IMG/VR virus record: IMGVR_UViG_3300024279_000003
Coordinates: 1 to 54,754 of that record
Length of the DNA stretch: 54,754 bases
Reading direction: 5' to 3' (one strand)
Source: a virus
Taxonomy: Duplodnaviria; Caudoviricetes
Numbering within the stretch: position 1 is the stretch's first letter; each line of letters begins with the position of its first letter. Below are positions 28,534 to 37,065 of this stretch, piece by piece. Made by a program: the position numbers and the translations under genes. A model generated the notes under the pieces. It saw only the letters and a list, made by a program, of their open reading frames with translations, did not search any database and was not told the DNA's origin.

Positions 28534-29913
28534 CTACTTTTTCCTTATAGTATCAAAGAATATTCTATCTGTTCCATCAATCATTCTTTCAGAAAAGCTT
28601 CTCAACTGTCCAATAGCTTCCATGAATGATAGTATATCATCAAGAGAATCAGCACCGTTAGGAAGCTCTGTCCAATGGTCAATCAAGATTTCCTTTCTAC
28701 TCTTCTTTCCATTAGCCTCTAACGATTTTCTAATCTTCTCGGCGGGCACAGCTAATGGATTAGACCTATCTATTCCAAGTGACAAATGCATATTCTTTTC
28801 TTCTTTCTCTAGGACACCAATAGCTCTCTGATATGTAGATAAAGGTATTTCCATTTCTGTAGATTCTCCAAAGTGCATAGCAATAGCTAGTTTCTGAAAA
28901 TGAATGTTCTTTCTAGAATAATATGGCAATAGCTTAGGAGAAGTATTAACCTTCTTTCCTTGAGACTCTGACCACCATTTCTCTAATTCTATGAGTGCTT
29001 CCTGATTAACATTTACTCTACCATATAGATGCGATAATCTCTCTAAATGTAGCTGAATATCAACATAAGCAGCTTTCTGTTCTTTAGTTAAATCGGGTAT
29101 CCAGAGTGTTGATTTTCTATTAGCCGACGCAAATATAAAGAAAGTTCTTGAGCTAAAGCCTTCGGTAAGGAGTCTGTCATCAAAGGTTGATTGTAGAAAT
29201 CCGGGTGTAGTTCCTCCAAAGAATGAAACACAACACTTTTTAATTCTATCTTTACCTTGCGTTTTTGTATCGTAAATGTAATCTCCGCAGTCATATGCTT
29301 GAATTAAGAAGTGAATTACATCTTCCGTTCTCCTCCGAATAAGGGAAGATATTTCTTCGAGACAGAAACTAATGGATGAGTGAGTATAGACCCCAAGCTC
29401 CTGATTTCCAGATACAGGATTAGGTGAGTAGAAGTTGATTCGTCTGATAGATTGAGATACAGCTTTAACAAGAGCTTCGTAAGTCGTAGCATCAGCAGCA
29501 ACAGGAAATAACAGAGGCTTCTCATAGCTTTTATTTTTCTTAGACTTCTTTTTATCGTAATCATCATTTACACCTTGAGCTTGCTTATAATCAGCTTCCG
29601 CAACAGCTTCCATAGCTGCCCTATCAACCTCTGTAAGTGTCTTTATGTGTCCATTATTCTTTGGGTCTGGAAGCTTATGAAACTTGAGTAGTTCAGCTAC
29701 CTGTTTAATAACCAAGCCTTTACCAATACCAGGCTCAGCCACAGGTATGACATATATATTAGGATACAATCGTTGATGGTCAGGGCCGGTCCATACTCTT
29801 CGTTGTAGAGCAGCACTAATAAGAAAATACCATCCAAAATCTATAAAATTATCAGGAGAGATAAGTCCATCGGTATATAATCGCCATTTTTCGAAATTTG
29901 TTAAATCTGTCAT
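28534..29913 (-). CDS. DUF3987/YfjI-like P-loop ATPase (putative replicative helicase)
   Basis: PNIYVIPVAEPGIGKG Walker A, CLEEISS Walker B, YDC...Y.TK..G.D.I, SFFGGTTP, GFSSR. Confidence 0.8.
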   Translation of the reverse strand: MTDLTNFEKWRLYTDGLISPDNFIDFGWYFLISAALQRRVWTGPDHQRLYPNIYVIPVAEPGIGKGLVIKQVAELLKFHKLPDPKNNGHIKTLTEVDRAAMEAVAEADYKQAQGVNDDYDKKKSKKNKSYEKPLLFPVAADATTYEALVKAVSQSIRRINFYSPNPVSGNQELGVYTHSSISFCLEEISSLIRRRTEDVIHFLIQAYDCGDYIYDTKTQGKDRIKKCCVSFFGGTTPGFLQSTFDDRLLTEGFSSRTFFIFASANRKSTLWIPDLTKEQKAAYVDIQLHLERLSHLYGRVNVNQEALIELEKWWSESQGKKVNTSPKLLPYYSRKNIHFQKLAIAMHFGESTEMEIPLSTYQRAIGVLEKEEKNMHLSLGIDRSNPLAVPAEKIRKSLEANGKKSRKEILIDHWTELPNGADSLDDILSFMEAIGQLRSFSERMIDGTDRIFFDTIRKK

Positions 29914-30422
29914 TTAGCCTCCTCAATCTTATTGAGTAATGCATACTCACCAAAGTATTTAAGAGCTGCTTCATTATAGGCTAATGCTGCTAAAATTTCA
30001 GATTCAAATTGACCAATATATATTTGTTTACATTTTACATACCATTTAAGATTTTGTTTATGCCAAAAAACACCTTTATATTTAGATGCATGAATCCCTT
30101 TATATTTAAATTTATTTGCATTATTTTGAGATTGTGTAGCCCATCTTAAATTAGATTTTCTATTATTTAATCTATCTCCATCTTTATGTTCAGCGTCGAG
30201 TCCGTTATCTTCAACACATCCTAAAATTATTCTAGAAACAATCCATCTATAATGTCTATGACGAATTGTTTTTTGTATAATTACTTCATTATCTTTTTCC
30301 CAATAAAACTTATTTCCATATTTCAGTAATTTAGGATACTCTTCTACATCAATAATAAATACTTCAATTTTATTAACAATCGGCAACGATAAGTCCGAGC
30401 ACAGTTCTTGAGGGGGATGCAT
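29910..30422 (-). CDS. HNH-AP2 homing endonuclease
   Basis: EHKDGDRLNNRKSNLRWATQSQNNAN, SKYKGV.W, YIGQFESEILAALAYN.AA..YFGEYA.LN. Confidence 0.92.
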   Translation of the reverse strand: MHPPQELCSDLSLPIVNKIEVFIIDVEEYPKLLKYGNKFYWEKDNEVIIQKTIRHRHYRWIVSRIILGCVEDNGLDAEHKDGDRLNNRKSNLRWATQSQNNANKFKYKGIHASKYKGVFWHKQNLKWYVKCKQIYIGQFESEILAALAYNEAALKYFGEYALLNKIEEAK

Positions 30423-30462
30423 GGTTCTTTTGTGTTAGCGTGTTTCATACCGATAGTTGTTA

Positions 30463-31593
30463 TTATAATTTAACTTCTGTCATGCCAACTGGATACTTAT
30501 CCTTGGCTTTACACCAGATGAATCCATGTTGACACTCTGCCCGCATCTTAAATGGTTCACCTCTAGGAGAAACTAAATCTTGCTCTATGAAATTCTTCAT
30601 TATCTTCAGTGACTCTATAGACTCTGGAATTGGAGTTTGATTCATATATGAATCGTGTGTATCAGCTAATATATCCCAATCTAAAGTATTGCTTTCGATA
30701 AAGTCCTGTAACCTACAATACGCTTTCGCTGTAATACAGGCAACAGTTGACTGTGGAACAAACGAATATGCCTCGTTAAACATGGAGTCTCGAATCTCTT
30801 GCCCAAAATATTTAGGGTAGCCGAATAGATTAAATAGGGTTCGTGTTTCTTCAAGTTGTCGAATAACAGTTCTATGCCATTCTGAAATCTCTGGAAATAG
30901 GGTGTGATAGAAACCAATATACTCGTCTGCTTGTTTCTTTGTAAGAGCAATCTGACCTCTAGACTCTTCCAACACCGCGAGTTGAAATGTATTGCCGCGC
31001 ATTCCATAATTACCTGCATGGCAAACCTTCTTCCCAATATAGTAATATCTTCTTCCACCTTCCCAACCATCGGATGATTTAATGATTCCATCTAATTTCT
31101 TCCAGTAAGTATGTTGTTGAAGTTGTGGTATAGGACAATCCAAGAAGTCGTGTATATCGATTTTAAAGTCTCCGGAAGAAATTTTATTAAGTTCTTCTTG
31201 CCATATCTGAGAGAATAAATGCAACGCAACAAACACATGAGGCTTAACACTGTTGAGGAATAAATCTCTGAAGCGACCAGCAGAGCAAAGATAGGCAACG
31301 ATAAGAGCTTCAGCACCAGCTTGGTCAACTTGGTTGAATATTCGAAGGAGATCAAGTTCTTCTGATGTAAATTGGTCATATTGTTTAGTCTTTAAATAGT
31401 GTAAACATTTCTCGAAATTAATGGCTGCTTTATATCCCTTTGCATGATAGATTCTCCTGAGTTCCTGCTCAATATTCTGGAGATTAGTTCCAATCTTAAC
31501 TAAATAATCTCCCCATCCTTCTGTGATTGCCTTTGAGCTTCTTCTATATGTATTGGTTCCTTCTTGATGATATTGAGTAGTGTTTATGCCCAT
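30463..31593 (-). CDS. polA: Family A DNA polymerase, C-terminal (palm/fingers) part
   Basis: TTQYHQEGTNTYRRSS...TNLQNI, motif A VDQAGAE, motif B KKVCHAGNYG, PQSTVA, motif C THDS. Confidence 0.93.
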   Translation of the reverse strand: MGINTTQYHQEGTNTYRRSSKAITEGWGDYLVKIGTNLQNIEQELRRIYHAKGYKAAINFEKCLHYLKTKQYDQFTSEELDLLRIFNQVDQAGAEALIVAYLCSAGRFRDLFLNSVKPHVFVALHLFSQIWQEELNKISSGDFKIDIHDFLDCPIPQLQQHTYWKKLDGIIKSSDGWEGGRRYYYIGKKVCHAGNYGMRGNTFQLAVLEESRGQIALTKKQADEYIGFYHTLFPEISEWHRTVIRQLEETRTLFNLFGYPKYFGQEIRDSMFNEAYSFVPQSTVACITAKAYCRLQDFIESNTLDWDILADTHDSYMNQTPIPESIESLKIMKNFIEQDLVSPRGEPFKMRAECQHGFIWCKAKDKYPVGMTEVKL

Positions 31594-31860
31594 CTAGATT
31601 AAATCTCCCCTTCTAGGAAATTCCCAAGGTTTATCTACAGGTTTAATCTTTTCGTTTAAAGGTGAATCCATTTCTGTTATTCTGATAACCTTAGTTGGAA
31701 ATTGCTCTCTGATTTTAAGCATCATATCATTGAGCATAGGCACTAGAAACTTAGCTATCTCTGTTTCATATCCAGAATAAGGTGCATATAAAGATGCTCT
31801 ACATACAACATCGATTGTAGTATCATCACGCTCTGATATTTTTGTATTTATTTCGACCAT
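31594..31860 (-). CDS. Hypothetical protein
   Basis: 88-aa ORF whose stop abuts the polA-C ATG. Confidence 0.6.
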   Translation of the reverse strand: MVEINTKISERDDTTIDVVCRASLYAPYSGYETEIAKFLVPMLNDMMLKIREQFPTKVIRITEMDSPLNEKIKPVDKPWEFPRRGDLI

Positions 31861-32069
31861 ATTAAATCCCTATTCTCGCATTTAAATGCATCAATGTTAT
31901 TCTCTATGTATTTGAAAACAGCCTTCATTTCTGTTGTTACTGGATTACAATTATGCCAAACCCAATGAAAGTATGCTGCTGGAATATCTTCAAAAGCTTC
32001 ACCTTTATGCTTTCCAAAAGGAAAGGGTGATTGGTCAGTATATATTACTGTAGTCGATTTTATAGTCAT
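31848..32069 (-). CDS. DUF3820-like small protein
   Basis: PFPFGKHKGEAFEDIPAAYFHW matches the (M/F)PFGK(Y/H)KG..I..P..Y..W motif. Confidence 0.8.
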   Translation of the reverse strand: MTIKSTTVIYTDQSPFPFGKHKGEAFEDIPAAYFHWVWHNCNPVTTEMKAVFKYIENNIDAFKCENRDLIWSK

Positions 32070-32427
32070 GGCTCATCATTTTATTCAACTCTTCACGTAA
32101 ATACTTGTATGTCAATGGACACTTCTCTTTCATTCTAGCGCAACCTAATCCGATTTTCGGAGGCACTATTAAAGGTCTATCTGTTGGAATACATTTAATC
32201 CATGATTCAAAGATTGTTGTATTATCCTTCAACTGATAATCAGAGAAGTATTCTGAGTTTGCACAAAACTTAACAAGGGTAGGAATAGGAAAGCTATTGG
32301 GGCAACCTGCCATAAACCATTGCATACCGAGGCCGCCATGATTTCTTAAATCTGTGCTATACACAAATGTTAGCTCTTGATGTTCTCTAATAAATTTTTC
32401 CGTAATTCTATATGGGATTATTATCAT
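32035..32427 (-). CDS. A1S_2505-like (macro-fold-like) phage protein
   Basis: FVYSTDLRNHGGLG...SFPIPT...PKIGLGCA pattern. Confidence 0.5.
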   Translation of the reverse strand: MIIIPYRITEKFIREHQELTFVYSTDLRNHGGLGMQWFMAGCPNSFPIPTLVKFCANSEYFSDYQLKDNTTIFESWIKCIPTDRPLIVPPKIGLGCARMKEKCPLTYKYLREELNKMMSHDYKIDYSNIY

Positions 32428-32894
32428 GGGAAGTTTAATTTTGCAAATTCACCATGTAAAGATTTCATTAATTCATCTGCTTTTCTAGCTGCTAATTCTT
32501 CATCTTCAAATGTTCCACCATATGTGCGTTTTCCATTATGCCTTACACAAACATACCACTTTTGACTTGCTACATGCCAGTGAACATTTTTAAAAAATGA
32601 AGTAGTTTTATTACTTATTTTTCTTTTATTAAACTGATTTTGACTTTTTGTTGCTATTCGTAGATTTTCTTTTCTACAATCAAAATAATCTAAATTTTTA
32701 TGCTCAGGTATAATAGCTCTATCATAAAGATTTAATATTATTCTGGATACAGATATAAATGTAACTCTTCGCTTTAAAGCTATTACACCTTTGCAGTCAA
32801 ATAGTCTTAAATCTGGATGAATATTATACAATTTATTATAATCTTCATCATCGATAATAAGCTTTCTATTTGAGTTTATTAGACTTAGTTCCAC
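32424..32894 (-). CDS. HNH-AP2 homing endonuclease
   Basis: IIDDEDY, EHKNLDYFDCRKENLRIATKSQNQFN, GGTFEDEELAARKAD...HGEFAKLNFP. Confidence 0.9.
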   Translation of the reverse strand: MELSLINSNRKLIIDDEDYNKLYNIHPDLRLFDCKGVIALKRRVTFISVSRIILNLYDRAIIPEHKNLDYFDCRKENLRIATKSQNQFNKRKISNKTTSFFKNVHWHVASQKWYVCVRHNGKRTYGGTFEDEELAARKADELMKSLHGEFAKLNFP

Positions 32895-33243
32895 TTAACG
32901 GCGTCCCTTTCCTACTGTTTTTCCTGTTCCCTTCATTCTTTTGTTCCAAGTTTTGCTTGCTATCTCTACTCCTTTCCTTTCTCCGTATTGTTTTTTCATT
33001 GCTTCTTCCATTTTTTTGAATGCTTTGGGCATGGTTAGTTGTCCTTTCTTTTATTTGTTTACCGTAACTATGAAGCAAATTACCGTATTCATCGCCAATA
33101 GTGTAGTCTAAGATAACATTGATAAAGATTTCAGTGCAACTCTTGCATAGAGCTATAATAAAGCTCTTACCATGCATGTTACTGTATATCTTAACAAATA
33201 CTAACTTCTTAGGCTCTTCACATCTGGTGCAATATTTATTCAT
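32866..33243 (-). CDS. CxxC...CxxC zinc-ribbon-like protein
   Basis: CTRC and CKSC; ATG 33243 overlaps the upstream gene end. Confidence 0.5.
   Translation of the reverse strand: MNKYCTRCEEPKKLVFVKIYSNMHGKSFIIALCKSCTEIFINVILDYTIGDEYGNLLHSYGKQIKERTTNHAQSIQKNGRSNEKTIRRKERSRDSKQNLEQKNEGNRKNSRKGTPLSGTKSNKLK
32895..33032 (-). CDS. Small basic protein, 45 aa (MPKAFKKMEEAMKKQYGERKGVEIASKTWNKRMKGTGKTVGKGRR)
   Basis: ATG with an AACTAACC leader; its stop abuts the HNH GTG at 32894. It overlaps the 3' part of the CxxC ORF in another frame and is absent from the ORF track. Confidence 0.65.
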   Translation of the reverse strand: MPKAFKKMEEAMKKQYGERKGVEIASKTWNKRMKGTGKTVGKGRR

Positions 33244-33658
33244 CTGAATCAACGAGACGTTTAACTATAGGATATAGCTGTGGTAAAGTATAATTTGGGC
33301 CTTTAAGAAACTTACCATCTGCCCGCAAAATAGGTTTACCATCTGTTCCTAGCTTACTCATGTTTGACCTATGCACTTCAGCAAATGCTTCGTCCTTAAC
33401 TGTATGAAATCCAAAAGCTAAAAATGCTCCATCAAGAACAACCTGTAAATCACATAGAGCATCAAGCACTAAAGCTTTGTTTTGAACGCTTGGTTCCTCT
33501 ATATGAGCACAGATAGCATCACCTAACTCTTTCCATTCTTCTTCTAGAAGAAGAAGCCGAAGTTTATTTAAATTGAAATCATCTAGATAAGGTTGGTCAT
33601 GTATTGGATGATTGAATGTTTGATGTAGTTCCTTCACTATCTCCAGCGTTGTTTTCAT
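33236..33658 (-). CDS. MazG-like all-alpha NTP pyrophosphohydrolase (DR2231-like dUTPase family)
   Basis: LEEEWKEL, DALCDLQVV, FAEVHRSNMSK..DGKPILRADGKFLKGPNY. Confidence 0.9.
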   Translation of the reverse strand: MKTTLEIVKELHQTFNHPIHDQPYLDDFNLNKLRLLLLEEEWKELGDAICAHIEEPSVQNKALVLDALCDLQVVLDGAFLAFGFHTVKDEAFAEVHRSNMSKLGTDGKPILRADGKFLKGPNYTLPQLYPIVKRLVDSDE

Positions 33659-35168
33659 CTCTTTTTAATGGATTAAACTTCAATGCTCCGGATTCTTTTT
33701 GTGTTTCTCTGTATGCTATAATCAAATCAATAACCGGATTTTCTTGTTTGAGTTTAAGCTTATAGAGATTCTTTTTGGCCAAACTTGGATTCCTTGTGCC
33801 ATCAGCCTTTTCCTTTCCCTTACCTACTACTGGATATCCAAGCTTCTCATGAAAGTATATACAGCATTGTGGATTAGAGCCTGGAAGAGATGACTTGAAT
33901 CGTTTGCGTAATTCATCTATTGTATTCTTTCCAACAAACCAATTAATGATACGGATATACTGCATCATTAGAGCATCATTCTCTGTCATTATTTCCTGAA
34001 CCATCTTTTCATCGTAAGGAATGCCAGTGAAAGTAGTAGTAAGATAAGGCTTAATAGCAGAGTTGACTTGGTCGAAAGAATCCTGAAGTCCGGGAATACG
34101 TTTAGCATGTTCAAGTTGTGCATAGTAAACAAGCTTCATTGTGTATACGTCTTTACCGCAATACTTCAATTTTGCTTTAACTTGCTCTGGTGTATAGTAT
34201 CCAGAATTGCCTTCATCTTTATGGAATGGTTCAAATGTCCATAGTGATGTGCAATGTCCTAGAGACTTCTCTGCTTCGGGAAAGCATCTATGCTGCTGAA
34301 GCATGGTATCCTTAACTCTATTGATACCAATACGATACTTCTTACCTAGAACATAGAAATCGAAGTTTGCACCATTATGAGCTACAACAATGTTGTTCTC
34401 AATAGCTATTGCCAACGCTCTAAATATACCAGGAAGATTAGAATAAGCCCACCTGTAATTATAGTCAAGAGCGGGGACACAATAGATATTGCTATCGTCG
34501 AAAGAATAGCTAAAACAGATAATATTATTAAGTTCATCAGTCTCAATATCAAAGAATAGTAATTTGTCCTTGGTCCTTGTAAGAGTGGAGATTACTACCT
34601 CAGATGAGGGATAGATAATGTATTCTGGATTGGGGAATGGATTAACAGGAATCTTATTCTTGAGAATAAGTTTGCATTTCCATATATCTCTATTCAACCA
34701 GAATCGAAAGTTTCTTCTTTTAGTTTTACCATGCCTCCGCTTTTCGTCTACAGGTGCCTTATCATCTTCATCTTCCTCTCGTTCGTATTCTTCATTATGT
34801 GTAGATTCGTAATCTTTGATATCGACTGCATCTTGCGGAAAGTATGAAGAGATATGTGGTATCTCATTGACGCTATACACAGAGCCACGAATTTCATTTA
34901 AAGTATTCTCCTTATTTCCAAGCCATTCTTGTGCAGCTTCCTCACCAAGTAAAAGCACAGCTCTAGTCCCCGGTAACAATGGCTCTCTATCTTCTCTTGT
35001 TCTCAGGTCACACTGATGTATATTAAAATCAGGAGCTAAGCAATCATTGAAATAGTTGCCGCCATTCGCAGATAGTAAACGGCCATGCTTTAAATCAAAT
35101 CTGGAGGGATTTCTAAGCACAACTGTTAATCCACAGTAGGACAATCTTGGTTTAGCTCGAAGGTTCAT
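33597..35168 (-). CDS. polA: Family A DNA polymerase, N-terminal part (degenerate UDG-like domain, 3'-5' exonuclease, thumb)
   Basis: UDG4-like VLLLGEEAAQEWLG...IRGSV; ExoI FDIET, ExoII AHNGANFD, ExoIII YCGKDV; thumb GIPYD...SNPQ...PVIDLIIAYRETQK. Confidence 0.9.
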   Translation of the reverse strand: MNLRAKPRLSYCGLTVVLRNPSRFDLKHGRLLSANGGNYFNDCLAPDFNIHQCDLRTREDREPLLPGTRAVLLLGEEAAQEWLGNKENTLNEIRGSVYSVNEIPHISSYFPQDAVDIKDYESTHNEEYEREEDEDDKAPVDEKRRHGKTKRRNFRFWLNRDIWKCKLILKNKIPVNPFPNPEYIIYPSSEVVISTLTRTKDKLLFFDIETDELNNIICFSYSFDDSNIYCVPALDYNYRWAYSNLPGIFRALAIAIENNIVVAHNGANFDFYVLGKKYRIGINRVKDTMLQQHRCFPEAEKSLGHCTSLWTFEPFHKDEGNSGYYTPEQVKAKLKYCGKDVYTMKLVYYAQLEHAKRIPGLQDSFDQVNSAIKPYLTTTFTGIPYDEKMVQEIMTENDALMMQYIRIINWFVGKNTIDELRKRFKSSLPGSNPQCCIYFHEKLGYPVVGKGKEKADGTRNPSLAKKNLYKLKLKQENPVIDLIIAYRETQKESGALKFNPLKRDENNAGDSEGTTSNIQSSNT

Positions 35169-35241
35169 TTAACTAAAAGGGGACTTACACATATGCTATC
35201 ATATGATGCCCCATAGGTTAGTTATGCCTAATTACGGAAGC

Positions 35242-35811
35242 TCAATATGGAGCGTTAACTTTGGTTTCAGATAACCCAATAATCATTTCGATTTGAGGCT
35301 GATAAGTAATAACTTCCTTGTTATTAGCATCCTTGATTGGGTCACCGGGTTCATTTCTCTTCTTCTGTTCAGGAGTCTGTTGCTTACGGGAAACATCTTT
35401 CTTGCCATAAACAACTGCTTCAACAGTTTTACCCTTCATGAACACAGGAGGATTCTCGTCATCAATCTCTTCCTCATCGAAACCACAAGTTTTCAGTTCA
35501 TCTCTGAATGCACCAAATGCCTTATCTGATTTTTGAGGGTCCCATCCTTCCTTATCTTCTGTCCTAACCTTTGTAGGTCGATATTGGGTAATCTTGGTTC
35601 CAGCGATTCCTACTGTCTTATCGCCTATTGTGATGGTTTCTGAACCTTCACCGTTACCAATAACTTCCCAAGTGCGTGTTACCATTGGATTCTGAGAACC
35701 CTTTGAGATACCGAATTCTTCCTCTACACAATGGAGGATATACCTATCCTTTGGAAACTCCATCTTAGAGTTCCATTGTGAGACACCTTCACTAACTTTG
35801 CGTATTGCCAT
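35242..35811 (-). CDS. Putative single-stranded DNA-binding protein (DUF669-like)
   Basis: FPKDRYILHCVEEEFGISKGSQNPMVTRTWEV OB-fold-like pattern; follows the Sak4-like ATPase. Confidence 0.6.
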   Translation of the reverse strand: MAIRKVSEGVSQWNSKMEFPKDRYILHCVEEEFGISKGSQNPMVTRTWEVIGNGEGSETITIGDKTVGIAGTKITQYRPTKVRTEDKEGWDPQKSDKAFGAFRDELKTCGFDEEEIDDENPPVFMKGKTVEAVVYGKKDVSRKQQTPEQKKRNEPGDPIKDANNKEVITYQPQIEMIIGLSETKVNAPY

Positions 35812-35857
35812 ATGTTTATGTTTTGTTTTTGTTTGCTTTCCTATGCCACTTTAGTGA

Positions 35858-36742
35858 CTAGGAAATTGGTTTCCGCCATTTCATGAATGCATCATAATTG
35901 GCAGGAATAAATCTTGGTGTTCCAGGTTTCATTGAAGATGCTTTTGCTGAAAAAATGTCATCTCCTTCAGTTTGCCAGCAATATACAGAATTACCTATAA
36001 ACTGTTTTTGCATCTCTAAAAATTCCTCTCTAGTTTTCATTCCCCATAGAGTAAGAATCTTTTCATCAATCTTATCTGGAGACTTCTTATCAATGCAATG
36101 CTGTCTGAAATGGTCTGTTAAATGAGATACAAGTTTATCTTTGAATTGTCCTGTGAATAAAGGATTATTCTTACCTGTCAAATCTCCCTTAGAATTTCTC
36201 TCAAGCTGTTCATGACAGATATAGATTATATTGCAAGGAACACTCTTGAATATGTCCTCGAACAATTCCTGAAACCAATTTACTTTCTCTCTCCAAAATA
36301 CAAATTTATCTTCCTCTCCTGATTTTGTGTAATATGGATACTTGGATTGCTCAATATCGAATGCAGCTTCAAGTCCAGTAGATGCATCCATAATGAAAGT
36401 CTGTTTGGTGGAGAATTTGAAAAGTTCCTTTCTACACCACTTCATTATTGCATCTCTTCTATTAACTGCTTCTCCCTGTTTCCATGTTATACCTTGAGCT
36501 TTACACCAATTAGGGTCATAGAATGGAATTTCTCTGATATCACTTCTACCTATGTGTGCACCTAATCCTCTATCAATGTTACCTACAACTGGAAATGGAA
36601 ATGTTAGGGCTGCATGAGTTTTACCTTCACCCGGTGGACCTTGGATTCCAAGACGGATTTGTGCAGAATGAATTGTATCCAGAGTTCTAGAGTCTGGTGG
36701 AGTATATATTTCCTGTTCTACTTGCGTGTTTGTTTCTGTCAT
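35858..36742 (-). CDS. AAA_24 / Sak4-like recombination ATPase
   Basis: GPPGEGKT, IDRG, FIMDASTG, NIIYICHE, PLFTGQ. Confidence 0.8.
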   Translation of the reverse strand: MTETNTQVEQEIYTPPDSRTLDTIHSAQIRLGIQGPPGEGKTHAALTFPFPVVGNIDRGLGAHIGRSDIREIPFYDPNWCKAQGITWKQGEAVNRRDAIMKWCRKELFKFSTKQTFIMDASTGLEAAFDIEQSKYPYYTKSGEEDKFVFWREKVNWFQELFEDIFKSVPCNIIYICHEQLERNSKGDLTGKNNPLFTGQFKDKLVSHLTDHFRQHCIDKKSPDKIDEKILTLWGMKTREEFLEMQKQFIGNSVYCWQTEGDDIFSAKASSMKPGTPRFIPANYDAFMKWRKPIS

Positions 36743-36744
36743 AA

Positions 36745-37065
36745 CTATTTCTTGGCTTTTTCTGATAGATATGCACCCAATAGAATTGAGTAGTTTATCA
36801 TATCTAGCAAAGTGTCATGCACAGTTTCATCTTGAACTTCGAGTTTACCCTTCTCAGCATAGGTAGCAAGCCTTGAAAGTTTATCTGCCATTCTAACTAG
36901 AAATCCTTGTTCTGTAGAACAGATTCCAAGAGCTTCTACTCTTTCGAAGTTAGCAAATACAGTTCCTCTTCCACCAGCATAATCATTATTCTTCTTTGCC
37001 ATGATTTGTTTAGCTGTATCACAGGCTGTTTGGTGGAACTCTAATAATTCATCTCTAGTCATCAT
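36745..37065 (-). CDS. DUF1599 / nucleotide-modification-associated domain protein
   Basis: KKNNDYA...FANF...VRMADKLSRL...DETVHDTLLDMINYSIL. Confidence 0.8.
   Translation of the reverse strand: MMTRDELLEFHQTACDTAKQIMAKKNNDYAGGRGTVFANFERVEALGICSTEQGFLVRMADKLSRLATYAEKGKLEVQDETVHDTLLDMINYSILLGAYLSEKAKK

Noticed and set aside
31594-33640. Group I intron or intein interrupting polA
   Set aside because: The interval is filled with coupled ORFs, no P/Q/R/S core is visible, and there are no intein terminal motifs.
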